Below are positions 44,236 through 61,356 of a DNA stretch of 64,000 nucleotides, piece after piece (the first letter of the stretch is position 1; every line of letters starts with the position of its first letter). A program made the translations under genes and the position numbers. Source of the stretch: Eledone cirrhosa (lineage: Eukaryota); assembly GCA_964016885.1 (NCBI GenBank), contig OZ024740.1, forward strand, positions 289,726,001-289,790,000, written 5' to 3'. The notes beneath the pieces were generated by a model. It was given only the letters and a program-made list of their open reading frames with translations, was not told the origin of the DNA and ran no database searches.

Positions 44236-44422
44236 ATAGGAAAATGTTCAAGACCCCGACGGCAGAGCTCAAGCCGTTTCGACGGCTATTTCAACCGTCG
44301 AAACGGCTTGAGCTCTGCCGTCGGGGTCTTGAAAATTTTCCTATTACCCACTCTACTACCCTAAGTATTAAGTACTCTGGTGCGTTATGGTTCATCTGGT
44401 TCCTTACCACACTTCCTTCGTT
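44236..44422. mobile_element. Palindromic mini-element, copy D
   Basis: Homologous to 2039-2225, opposite orientation. Confidence 0.85.
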
Positions 44423-44436
44423 ATATATATATACAC

Positions 44437-44654
44437 GTGAAGGCGTGTGGCTGAGTGGTTAGAGAATTGGATTCACAATCTTGAGGTTGTGAGTTCGATT
44501 CCTGGACCGGGCGATTCGTTATGTCCTTGAGCAAGACACTTTATTTCACGCTGCTCCTTCTACCTGGAGTTGCGACCGATAGATAGTACGAGCAACTGGA
44601 AAGACCAACGGAAACGTTGTTTCCTCGGTCCGATTTGACGAAAGTCGATCGACT

Positions 44655-44660
<6 letters not shown>
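44437..44660 (+). mobile_element. SINE family 2
   Basis: Near-identical to 23290-23462. Confidence 0.85.
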
Positions 44661-44706
<46 letters not shown>

Positions 44707-44797
44707 ACCAAAGATTAATATGGTTCATTGATTATTCTGCCGATACTGGAATTGAACCACCAAGACCGTTGAGGTATGTCATACATCAATTCATGTA

Positions 44798-44859
44798 TTT
44801 TATCTGACGAGGACGTACTTAAAAAACAGCACATTACCTTCGAAATATATCTAATAAAA
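44798..44859 (+). ncRNA. Hammerhead motif
   Basis: TTTTAT-CTGACGA-GGACGTA...TACCTTC-GAAA-TATATC-TA-ATAAAA. Confidence 0.65.
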
Positions 44860-44905
44860 CATATATTTTGATTATGTGAATGTCTTCATTTATTAATATT
44901 CTGAG

Positions 44906-44964
<59 letters not shown>

Positions 44965-45024
44965 ATATATATATTTAATATATATATTTAATATATATAT
45001 TTAATATATATATTTAATATATAT

Positions 45025-45220
45025 ATTTAATATAGAAATGGCTTCTACAGGACTAGAACTGTTTCAATCGGGAGAAATCATCAGGAAGCTCTGATGATTT
45101 CTCACAAATGAAACAGTTCTAGACCTACAGAAGCCATTTCTATATTAAATATTTGTACTCTGCTTTGTATTGAGTACATTACTTACTGTGGTTACCGCCG
45201 ATTGAACCAGGGAAAAACCT
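45025..45220. mobile_element. Fold-back mini-element with back-to-back hammerhead cores; second copy at 48078-48258
   Basis: ...GTTTC..TCATCAG-GAAGCT-CTGATGA..GAAAC..., inverted repeat 45025-45151. Confidence 0.75.
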
Positions 45221-45751
45221 ATATATATATATAAGGGAAATCATTACAAACCTCAGTCCACCATTTGCCTCCATCATGGAATCATGGATTAACTAAGTAC
45301 TCTTGCTATATTAACACATTTTAATCTGCTTAACTTCAAGAAATATGCCTGTAAATAACATTATTTTTTCTTTCACATTGACTTTTTATGCTCTACATTA
45401 CGCCCATTTTTTTCTTTTTTTCTTTTTTCTTTTCACTTTATAAACCTTGTTTATAAATAACATTATTCTTTCTGCACCTTCTCTTTAACATGTGCGACAC
45501 CACACTAATACATTTCACTATCATTTGATAATGCTTAAAAATGCTGAAACTGGTAATAGACAATTATTCAATATATAAATAGATAAATAAATGCCATTGT
45601 TAAATAATAAATAAATCAACTAATACCTTAACGCTTTACACAAAGTAAAACATTTCGTTTTAATCATTTTCTAACCCAGAAAAAAGAAATAAATAAATAA
45701 AAAAGGAAAAAAATATACTTTTCTTCCTAATAATCGTCTCTTTCTCCCTGT

Positions 45752-45804
<53 letters not shown>

Positions 45805-46061
45805 TATATATATATAATAAATATATATATGTATATATATATATATTATATATATATAAATGCATATATATATATATAATAAATATATATATGTATATAT
45901 ATATATATTATATATATATAAATGCATATATATATATATAATAAATATATATATGTATATATATATATATTATATATATATATGCATATATATATATGTA
46001 TATATACATATACATATACATTTATATATATACATATATACATATATATACATATATATAT

Positions 46062-48015
<1,954 letters not shown>

Positions 48016-48017
48016 AA

Positions 48018-48077
<60 letters not shown>

Positions 48078-48254
48078 CCCGGATTCAATTGGGGATAACC
48101 ACAGTAAGTAAGGGACTCAATACATAGCAGAGTATAAATATTCAATTTAGAAATGTCTTCTACAGGACTAGAACTGTTTCATTCGAAGGAAATCATCAGG
48201 CTTTTCCTGTGATTTCCTTCGAATGAAACAGTTATAATCCCGTCGAAGCTATTT

Positions 48255-48258
<4 letters not shown>
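48078..48258. mobile_element. Fold-back mini-element, second copy
   Basis: Homologous to 45025-45220; symmetry centre at ~48204, next to TCATCAG. Confidence 0.75.
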
Positions 48259-48343
<85 letters not shown>

Positions 48344-48440
48344 AATATCCATGTAACCATGGAAAAGCGGACGTAAAAAACGATGATGATGATGATATAT
48401 TGTATATTATATACATAGAAATTTTCATTTTACTTTTCTT

Positions 48441-48571
<131 letters not shown>

Positions 48572-49403
48572 GTGTGTGCGTGTATGTATGTATGCATGTA
48601 TGGATGCGTATTTACGTATGTACAAGTTCGCACCGCACGCGTTTCGCGTATACATATATCAATACATTTGTACATGTGTTACTGTATGTGCGTGCCTGTA
48701 CATTTATCCATGCATGTAGGGAATACGCATTCGAAATGGTATATAGCCAAAATATCACGGAAGATAAATCCATCACGTGATATCTGTCTATTTTTGTAGA
48801 CATATTCACATGTGTTTGCGTGTTTATACATATTAGTATACAAACTTGTGTATGTTTCTTAATATTATAGTGTGTACATGTGTGTGTATGTGTGAGTATG
48901 TGTGTGTGTATGTGTGTATATTGTGTATACTTCGATATTTTGGAAATCTCTGTAAGACAAACAAAGAATAGTAAAAAAGAATATAACAAAAGAAGAAATA
49001 AGGCAAATAGACAAATGAGACAGAAAAGATGAGAAATATGCAACTAAAGAAAGGAAGGGATAAAGAAATATAAGAATTTCTTTTTTCTATGTTGTTTGCA
49101 CTGAAAACCAGTTTTGACATGATTGTATTAACTTGGAAGAGTTAAGCTAATGCCTGAAATATCTTAGAACCAAACCAGGATTAGATTGAAAGAATAATCA
49201 ATGCATGGGTGGAATATGAACTTACGTCTACGAATATGTGACTTCTGTGATCTAATGGGTCATTGGTGCTCGGTCGAACGGCTTGCGTTCATTTATTGGA
49301 AATGACCTAGACCCAGTCATTCTAGTAGTAAGCAGGTACCATGCACAGTTATAGATCATCCCTGAATAACCAGTCAAAACACAACGAACTTGACTGCTAT
49401 GTG

Positions 49404-49532
<129 letters not shown>

Positions 49533-50397
49533 TACACACGCATATATATATAAAATATTAAACAAATAATGAATAAACAATTCCTTATATTAAACAAAAA
49601 AAGTTCATTATTTAACGATCGTTTCTAGGATATATATGTGTTAGAGTTGGCATGCATATTCAACAGATCTATGTACAAAATTATACAAAATTATACAAAC
49701 TATCAAGATTAAATATACATACCAACACATATATACGCCGTCTTCAGAAATAATGAAATATATTTATTGATAATAACAACAAATCAAACTTTCAGGTCCG
49801 TTTGGGAACAGAATTGACCAATGAAAATACAAAAGGTTTAATGCAGTTCGGTGTGTGTATATACATGTAACAATCCTTACACATATTTTACAAAAATGTA
49901 TGCAGAACCTGTATACGCATACAAAAAGGATGGATGCAAATACAAAATTTCAAGGTTAATGTCTCTGTAAGTCTATAATGCACAGATAAGATGCGTATAG
50001 ATACATAAATATGAAATAAGTGTATACACATATTTTCATACTAACACATATCAGTACAATCACACATACACGCGCGTATATGCATAGACATACACATAAA
50101 CTACGAACATACAAACACACACACATCCCCACTCACATATATATATGTGGATATAAAATCCTAAGCACATGGATATTAATTCACTCACATAAACACTGGC
50201 ACACACATTTAGATAAAGATACAGAAATTAGGTGGGAGGGGGGGGGGGGAGAGGTCAGTATTCAACGGTTTGGGCTGACTGCTTAATATAGATGTATCTA
50301 TAAGCTAAGAAAATAAAGAATAATAAATAATAAATAAACATTAAAAAGGAAAGAAAAGAAAAAGAAAAAAGAAAAAAGAAAAAAGAAATATATCAAG

Positions 50398-50483
<86 letters not shown>

Positions 50484-50633
50484 CACACACACACACACAT
50501 ATATATACATACACATATACAAACACATACATACATATACACACGTCCACACTTAGAACATACATACACACACATATATAAACATATACATATACACACA
50601 TACATACATATACACACATACATATAAATACAC

Positions 50634-50696
<63 letters not shown>

Positions 50697-51021
50697 CACT
50701 CATACATACACATATAATCACACATACTATATAGACACACATATATATATACACACATACACACACATATACATACACTTACATACATATATACATACAG
50801 ATATACACATACATACCTATATATACACACAAATACATACAGACATATATACATACATACAGACAAATACTTACGCATCTATATATCGGTATATACATAC
50901 AAACACCACTACACTCTCACACAACTCAGACATACAAAGAAAAAGGTATATACCCATACACATATACATATACAAATAGAGAAACATATACATATATATA
51001 TACATATATACACACACATAT

Positions 51022-51082
<61 letters not shown>

Positions 51083-51293
51083 CACACATACACACATACA
51101 CATACATATACATACATACATGTACACACACATAGATATACATATACACACACATACACACATACACATACATACATAGTCATACACACACATATACCTA
51201 CACGAACATACACATATACATATACAAAGATATATATAGAGACACACACACATACATACACACACACACATATATATAAAAAAAATAAAATAA

Positions 51294-51356
<63 letters not shown>

Positions 51357-51689
51357 CATACACATACATACACACATACATAGACATATATGTACATACA
51401 TACATATACATAGATACATACACACACATACATACATATATATATATACACACATAGACATATACATACATACACACACAACATACATACACACATATAT
51501 ACTCATACATAGAATTAGATATATAATCATACATACATACGCACTTACATATACTCATATATACACATACAAACGCATCCATATATGCGTATATACATAG
51601 AAACACCACTACACCCTCACCCAACTCAGACATACAAAGAAAAAGGCATATACATATACATATATACACGCATTAATAGAGATATATAT

Positions 51690-51745
<56 letters not shown>

Positions 51746-52245
51746 ACTTATATACATATACCCACACACACATACAACCATAAATACACATACAAACACC
51801 CACATATATATATATATACACATATATATATATATACACACACATAAAAAACAGACATGCACATATATATATTTTTATTTTTTTACACATATATATACAC
51901 ATACATATATATACATATACATACACATATACATATATATATATATAATATATATATACACATATACGAATATAGACATATATACACACATAGATATATA
52001 TACATATATACATACACATACATATACACACACACACATATACACATTCACATATATATATATATATATGTGTGTGTGTGCACACACACACATATATATA
52101 TACATACACACATATACACATAAACACATAAATGTGTATATATGCACACACACACATATATCCACATAGATACGAAGATAGACGTATAAATAGAGAGACA
52201 TACATATATATACACACATACATATACATACATACATACACACAC

Positions 52246-52310
<65 letters not shown>

Positions 52311-54446
52311 TATATATACACATACAGACATACACATACACACACATACACATGCATATATATACATATACACATACATACACACATATATATATACACA
52401 CACAATCATACATTCTTATTTGCATGCGCATATATGTATTTTTATATTCAGATATAAATACCCAAATATATATACACACCTACCTATATATATATATTCA
52501 TACATACATGCTTACAAACACAGATGATAATAGTATGGGGGAAAGGGGGGGGGGGTTAGAGAAGGGGAATATAGTAAATATATGTTTCAAGAAACATAGA
52601 ATATTATCCATATCTATATCCAATGTATGTTTTTACATAATATCAGTGTTAGGAAATACAATAAACAAGAAATAAGGCAAAATTTATGCATTTCAAAATA
52701 AATAAGTATACCATTAATTATATGTTAACTAAACTAAAGATAGTTAACATATTGATTTCTAAGGTGTAAATTAGTTAGGTTTATAATATTTGAAGCAGAA
52801 TTTTGAAGTTAAATAGTAGTAGAGTATTAATTATAGTATAACTAAATTAAAGTTAATAACTTTATGGTATCAATATTAGGAAATGAATTTAGTAATAGGG
52901 AAAAAACAAATAAAGTATTACATCGGTAGTAGAATATAAAATGTGGGTTAATTAAATTAAAAATGATATATTTATTTCTATAGTATATGTTAATTATGTA
53001 TATAATAAATAAAACAGATATTGTATTTTATCAATAGCAGAATATAATTATATGCAAATAGAAATCAAAATTAATACATATACATATACATATACATACA
53101 CATATATATATACATATATATACATATATATATACATATATACACATATACATACGCACACACATACACATACACATATACATATACATATTTTTTCAAA
53201 AATTGCAAAGAATATATTAACTAGGTATAAATCCAAAACACATCCCATTCTATGATTAGATGACATTCTGCAATTCGTCTGTATAAGGATATTAATTTTA
53301 AGCCAATTAAATTAAATTTTTAGGTTGATTAAAATTAAAACCAAATTATAAATATATTTCTAAAATGTATATTAATTAGGTCTATAATACTAAAAATTAT
53401 TTCTCTGTCATTGGATACACGATATTTTGTTATATTTTATCTGTAAAAGAATTATAATAAAAGGTTTAAATAAATTAAAATTAATCTATAAATTAAATTA
53501 CTAAGTATATATTAGTAATATTTAAAGGTTTTTCACAATTTATGATTACATAATATTTTATATTCTCATCTGTAATAGAATTTTAATTAAATTAAATTTA
53601 TAGGTTAACTAACATTTAAATTAAATTAATTTCTAAAATAATGTTATTAATTAGGTTTATAATATTTAAATGTTTTTTTTAGTTTATGATTACACGATAT
53701 AATTAATTCCTGTCGTTTATTTAATAGGATATCCTTAGATTTCATTATTTCAAATAGTTCTTGGGAACATAATCTACATTCATTTCTATTATTTTGATAA
53801 GGGGTGGCTCTTTTGAGCACACTCCAGGTCAAATCATATTCTATATTCTTATTTTTATAACTATTGATTTTTTCTGCTAGAGATGTTGTATTAGCCAGTG
53901 CGGCATTTTTAAAACTATGCTTGTGGGTATTAAACCTTGTCTTAAAATTGTTAGAGGTAGCTCCTATATATGAGCAAATAGAATCTTTAGTTTTAACATT
54001 ACATTTATAGACTATGTTGTTAACAAGACAATTCCCTTTTAATGGGCAGTTTGCTTTGTTTCTACAGTTACAACCTTTCGTTAATTCTGTATTTGAGGAG
54101 ATATTATGGTTAATTTGATGTACTGGTGGTATACTTATGGTTTTCTTACATTTATATGCATTATAGGCACTTATATTTTGTTTTATGTTATTTGTTGTAG
54201 AGTATGAGAATTTAACTGTAGACCTATTTAAGATTTGATGGTATTTGTGGTTTGGCGGGAAGTTTTTCTCTAGGATATAAACAAATTTTTTAGCAATATT
54301 ATCCTTAATTTGTAAATTAAATGGAGCATTATACCAAGTAACCCGTCTATTACGGTTTCTATGTTGTTTATTATTTTTATTATTTTTATAGGTTGTATCG
54401 TGATTTTTACTAGGAGGATTAATGTTAATGATCTCACCACAACCAT

Positions 54447-56148
54447 ATTTCTACAATTTGATATAGATAATTACTATTCTTCTATATCACCTATACTCCT
54501 GAACAAAGCATTGATATTTGCTAAAAATAGATCTAACTTAACTTTGGATGACATTAATATTATTACACATGCTAGACTAACACTTATTGAATTTCAGAAT
54601 GAATACTGGACCAGAAACACATATAGTAATCTTTTTGATATTACTATGGGTTCAAGCGATTCCGCCCAAATTACTGATCTTGTGGGCCTCTTTCTCCTTT
54701 TCAACATAAATGCCTCCTTTCCCCACCTCAAAGGTGGTTTATATCGTGATGACTGTCTTCTTCTTTCTAACAACCTTAGCCTTTCAGAAATTGAAAAAAA
54801 CAAAAAACATATTAGAACTTTCCTTAAAGACTATTATAATCTTAATATTACTTTTGAAAAAACAAGTAAAGTAGTAAATTTCCTAGATATAACTTTAGAT
54901 TTAGCTACGGGTATCTACCAACCTTACCATAAACCAAACCAAAACTTACATTACATACACTCACAATCTAATCACCCTAAATCTATCCTTAAAAACCTTG
55001 CATATAATATATCACTTAGAATTTCTAACCTTTCTTCTAACCAAGATGTATTTGATAAAAATGCGACCTTCTATAACGAAGCTCTAGATAGAAGTGGCCA
55101 CAAAAATAGATTAGAATATATACCTTCTACTAAAAATACTGAAAGCATACAACCTAATATTACCAACAAACACCAAATGAAAAGTACACACCTAAATGCC
55201 ACCCACACTATACCCCAAAATACCAAATCTTCTAATATGAGGTATAGTAACTCTCAAAAAACTACTTATCATACAACTCTAATAAATATTAATAATAAAA
55301 CTCCTAATAAAAAGGATAAAACACCTAAATCTACAAATATAACTAAAAATGGTTGTGGTGAGATCATTAACATTAATCCTCCTAGTAAAAATCACGATAC
55401 AACCTATAAAAATAATAAAAATAATAAACAACATAGAAACCGTAATAGACGGGTTACTTGGTATAATGCTCCATTTAATTTACAAATTAAGGATAATATT
55501 GCTAAAAAATTTTTTTATATCCTAGAGAAAAACTTCCCGCCAAACCACAAATACCATCAAATCTTAAATAGGTCTACAGTTAAATTCTCATACTCTACAA
55601 CAAATAACATAAAACAAAATATAAGTGCCTATAATGCATATAAATGTAAGAAAACCATAAGTATACCACCAGTACATCAAATTAACCATAATATCTCCTC
55701 AAATACAGAATTAACGAAAGGTTGTAACTGTAGAAACAAAGCAAACTGCCCATTAAAAGGGAATTGTCTTGTTAACAACATAGTCTATAAATGTAATGTT
55801 AAAACTAAAGATTCTATTTGCTCATATATAGGAGCTACCTCTAACAATTTTAAGACAAGGTTTAATACCCACAAGCATAGTTTTAAAAATGCCGCACTGG
55901 CTAATACAACATCTCTAGCAGAAAAAATCAATAGTTATAAAAATAAGAATATAGAATATGATTTGACCTGGAGTGTGCTCAAAAGAGCCACCCCTTATCA
56001 AAATAATAGAAATGAATGTAGATTATGTTCCCAAGAACTATTTGAAATAATGAAATCTAAGGATATCCTATTAAATAAACGACAGGAATTAATTATATCG
56101 TGTAATCATAAACTAAAAAAAACATTTAAATATTATAAACCTAATTAA
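54447..56148 (+). CDS. PLE RT-GIY-YIG protein, 5'-truncated but uninterrupted (Hydra-like clade inferred)
   Basis: QFDIDNYYSSISP, FDITMGSSDSAQ, GLYRDD, VNFLD, PYHKPN, HPKSI, WYNAPF, CNCRNKANCPLKGNC, IVYKC..YIGAT..FKTRFNTH, CRLC. The first ~28 aa of track ORF 54361 come from the inverted arm. Confidence 0.9.
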
Positions 56149-57481
56149 TAACATTATTTTAGAAATTAATTTAATTTAAATGTTAGTTAACCTATAAATT
56201 TAATTTAATTAAAATTCTATTACAGATGAGAATATAAAATATTATGTAATCATAAATTGTGAAAAACCTTTAAATATTACTAATATATACTTAGTAATTT
56301 AATTTATAGATTAATTTTAATTTATTTAAACCTTTTATTATAATTCTTTTACAGATAAAATATAACAAAATATCGTGTATCCAATGACAGAGAAATAATT
56401 TTTAGTATTATAGACCTAATTAATATACATTTTAGAAATATATTTATAATTTGGTTTTAATTTTAATCAACCTAAAAATTTAATTTAATTGGCTTAAAAT
56501 TAATATCCTTATACAGACGAATTGCAGAATGTCATCTAATCATAGAATGGGATGTGTTTTGGATTTATACCTAGTTAATATATTCTTTGCAATTTTTGAA
56601 AAAATATGTATATGTATATGTGTATGTGTATGTGTGTGCGTATGTATATGTGTATATATGTATATATATATGTATATATATGTATATATATATGTGTATG
56701 TATATGTATATGTATATGTATTAATTTTGATTTCTATTTGCATATAATTATATTCTGCTATTGATAAAATACAATATCTGTTTTATTTATTATATACATA
56801 ATTAACATATACTATAGAAATAAATATATCATTTTTAATTTAATTAACCCACATTTTATATTCTACTACCGATGTAATACTTTATTTGTTTTTTCCCTAT
56901 TACTAAATTCATTTCCTAATATTGATACCATAAAGTTATTAACTTTAATTTAGTTATACTATAATTAATACTCTACTACTATTTAACTTCAAAATTCTGC
57001 TTCAAATATTATAAACCTAACTAATTTACACCTTAGAAATCAATATGTTAACTATCTTTAGTTTAGTTAACATATAATTAATGGTATACTTATTTATTTT
57101 GAAATGCATAAATTTTGCCTTATTTCTTGTTTATTGTATTTCCTAACACTGATATTATGTAAAAACATACATTGGATATAGATATGGATAATATTCTATG
57201 TTTCTTGAAACATATATTTACTATATTCCCCTTCTCTAACCCCCCCCTTTCCCCCATACTATTATCATCTGTGTTTGTAAGCATGTATGTATGAATATAT
57301 ATATATAGGTAGGTGTGTATATATATTTGGGTATTTATATCTGAATATAAAAATACATATATGCGCATGCAAATAAGAATGTATGATTGTGTGTGTATAT
57401 ATATATGTGTGCATGTATGTGTATATGTATATATATGCATGTGTATGTGTGTGTATGTGTATGTCTGTATGTGTATATATA

Positions 57482-57538
<57 letters not shown>

Positions 57539-57816
57539 GTGTGTGTATGTATGTATGTATATGTATGTGTGTATATATATGTATGTCTCTCTATTTATAC
57601 GTCTATCTTCGTATCTATGTGGATATATGTGTGTGTGTGCATATATACACATTTATGTGTTTATGTGTATATGTGTGTATGTATATATATATGTGTGTGT
57701 GTGCACACACACACATATATATATATATATATGTGAATGTGTATATGTGTGTGTGTGTATATGTATGTGTATGTATATATGTATATATATCTATGTGTGT
57801 ATATATGTCTATATTC

Positions 57817-57856
<40 letters not shown>

Positions 57857-58120
57857 GTGTATGTATATGTATATATATGTATGTGTATATATATATATAT
57901 TATTTATTATTATAATATAACTTATGTGTATGTGTATATGTGAGGGTGTGTATGTGTATATATATGTGTATATATATGTGTAAAAAAATAAAAATATATA
58001 TATGTGCATGTCTGTTTTTTATGTGTGTGTATATATATATATATGTGTATATATATATATATGTGGGTGTTTGTATGTGTATTTATGGTTGTATGTGTGT
58101 GTGGGTATATGTATATAAGT

Positions 58121-58164
<44 letters not shown>

Positions 58165-58497
58165 ATATATATCTCTATTAATGCGTGTATATATGTATAT
58201 GTATATGCCTTTTTCTTTGTATGTCTGAGTTGGGTGAGGGTGTAGTGGTGTTTCTATGTATATACGCATATATGGATGCGTTTGTATGTGTATATATGAG
58301 TATATGTAAGTGCGTATGTATGTATGATTATATATCTAATTCTATGTATGAGTATATATGTGTGTATGTATGTTGTGTGTGTATGTATGTATATGTCTAT
58401 GTGTGTATATATATATATGTATGTATGTGTGTGTATGTATCTATGTATATGTATGTATGTACATATATGTCTATGTATGTGTGTATGTATGTGTATG

Positions 58498-58566
<69 letters not shown>

Positions 58567-58777
58567 TTATTTTATTTTTTTTATATATATGTGTGTGTGT
58601 GTATGTATGTGTGTGTGTCTCTATATATATCTTTGTATATGTATATGTGTATGTTCGTGTAGGTATATGTGTGTGTATGACTATGTATGTATGTGTATGT
58701 GTGTATGTGTGTGTATATGTATATCTATGTGTGTGTACATGTATGTATGTATATGTATGTGTATGTGTGTATGTGTG

Positions 58778-58832
<55 letters not shown>

Positions 58833-59155
58833 ATATGTGTGTGTATATATGTATATATATATGTATATGTTTCTCTATTTGTATATGTATATGTGTATGG
58901 GTATATACCTTTTTCTTTGTATGTCTGAGTTGTGTGAGAGTGTAGTGGTGTTTGTATGTATATACCGATATATAGATGCGTAAGTATTTGTCTGTATGTA
59001 TGTATATATGTCTGTATGTATTTGTGTGTATATATAGGTATGTATGTGTATATCTGTATGTATATATGTATGTAAGTGTATGTATATGTGTGTGTATGTG
59101 TGTATATATATGTGTGTCTATATAGTATGTGTGATTATATGTGTATGTATGAGTG

Positions 59156-59222
<67 letters not shown>

Positions 59223-59413
59223 GTGTATTTATATGTATGTGTGTATATGTATGTATGTGTGTATATGTATATGTTTATATATGTGTGTGTATGTATGTTC
59301 TAAGTGTGGACGTGTGTATATGTATGTATGTGTTTGTATATGTGTATGTATATATATGTGTGTGTGTGTGTGTATGTGTATATATATTTATATATATATA
59401 TGTATATATATAC

Positions 59414-59452
<39 letters not shown>

Positions 59453-60089
59453 CTTGATATATTTCTTTTTTCTTTTTTCTTTTTTCTTTTTCTTTTCTTT
59501 CCTTTTTAATGTTTATTTATTATTTATTATTCTTTATTTTCTTAGCTTATAGATACATCTATATTAAGCAGTCAGCCCAAACCGTTGAATACTGACCTCC
59601 CCCCCCCCCTCCCACCTAATTTCTGTATCTTTATCTAAATGTGTGTGCCAGTGTTTATGTGAGTGAATTAATATCCATGTGCTTAGGATTTTATATCCAC
59701 ATATATATATGTGAGTGGGGATGTGTGTGTGTTTGTATGTTCGTAGTTTATGTGTATGTCTATGCATATACGCGCGTGTATGTGTGATTGTACTGATATG
59801 TGTTAGTATGAAAATATGTGTATACACTTATTTCATATTTATGTATCTATACGCATCTTATCTGTGCATTATAGACTTACAGAGACATTAACCTTGAAAT
59901 TTTGTATTTGCATCCATCCTTTTTGTATGCGTATACAGGTTCTGCATACATTTTTGTAAAATATGTGTAAGGATTGTTACATGTTTATACACACACCGAA
60001 CTGCATTAAACCTTTTGTATTTTCATTGGTCAATTCTGTTCCCAAACGGACCTGAAAGTTTGAATTGTTGTTATTATCAATAAATATAT

Positions 60090-60243
60090 TTCATTATTTC
60101 TGAAGACGGCGTATATATGTGTTGGTATGTATATTTAATCTTGATAGTTTGTATAATTTTGTATAATTTTGTACATAGATCTGTTGAATATGCATGCCAA
60201 CTCTAACACATATATATCCTAGAAACGATCGTTAAATAATGAA
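60090..60243 (+). ncRNA. Hammerhead with 10-bp stem I and 115-nt stem II; mirror copy 49604-49757 (-)
   Basis: TTCATTATTT-CTGAAGA-[115 nt]-GAAAC-GATC-GTT-AAATAATGAA. Confidence 0.8.
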
Positions 60244-60448
60244 CTTTTTTTGTTTAATATAAGGAATTGTTTATTCATTATTTGTTTAATATTTTATCTT
60301 GACTCTGTATACCGTTTATCTTTCACCGAAAGTGATTTTTCATTACATCTCTTCTTTCCATGATATCCGGAATACATTGAGTTCTTCATACGGATTGGAC
60401 ACTACCGTAAACTCTTGGTAGATTTATCTACATATATATATATATATA

Positions 60449-60664
60449 TAGGAACGAGTAGGACCCGACGGCTGAGCTCAAGCCGTTTCGACGACTAATT
60501 CTGGACTGTTAAGAGTTAAGCTAATGCCTGAAATATCTTAGAAACAAACCAGGATTAGAAGCCGTCGGGGTCCTACTCGTTCCTATTACCCACTCTACTA
60601 CCCTAAGTATTGAGTACTTTGGTGCGTTATGGTCCACTTGGTTCCTTACCACATTTCCTTCGTT
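60449..60664. mobile_element. Palindromic mini-element, copy E (long spacer)
   Basis: Homologous to 2039-2225; the spacer contains 60511-60559. Confidence 0.8.
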
Positions 60665-60864
60665 ATATATATATATATATATATAGTTAGGGAAGCAGAA
60701 AATTGCTTTTTGTGATCTAGTTCGTGGTTAAGAAAGCCAGTTTCAGAAGATAGAGTTAGAAATAGAAGATAAATAGAAAGTAAAGTGATGAGAGGATGGG
60801 ACCGGGTAAGTGAGAAACAAATTGGGGAGAAAAAAACACACGTGCATATTCAGTCGGTCATCTT

Positions 60865-60940
<76 letters not shown>

Positions 60941-61090
60941 CTGTGTGTGTCTGTCTGTGTATGTCTGTGTATGTCTGTGTGTCTGTGTCTGTGTGATTGT
61001 GTGGTTGTGTATAATATACCGTGGACACCGTGGCAGACTCTTGGAGAGAGTTGTGAGTGTCTATAACCAACGTATATAGATCACAGACAC

Positions 61091-61131
<41 letters not shown>

Positions 61132-61308
61132 TACATATATATATTTGTATACAAACGTACACATTTATATATATATACATATACATACGTATATATATAT
61201 ATATGGGCCTTCCAGTTTCATTTCACGTTATATACACGTCTGTGTATATTTTAGTTATTTTTAAAATGTTTTGAAGTGAACGTGACCCAACGGGGAACGG
61301 GTGGTCTA

Positions 61309-61354
<46 letters not shown>

Positions 61355-61356
<2 letters not shown>

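Larger units (their letters stand above)
49550..60297 (+). mobile_element. Penelope-like element forming a ~10.7-kb palindrome (arms 49550-54446 and 55349-60297)
   Basis: Mirror ORFs in the track (53647-53832 vs the end of 54361-56148; 50020 vs 59564; 53048 vs 56529). The ~900-bp spacer encodes RT. Confidence 0.95.

Noticed and set aside
54361-54446. Hydrophobic signal-peptide-like N-terminus of the 595-aa ORF
   Set aside because: It is the reverse complement of 55349-55440, created by the inversion junction.
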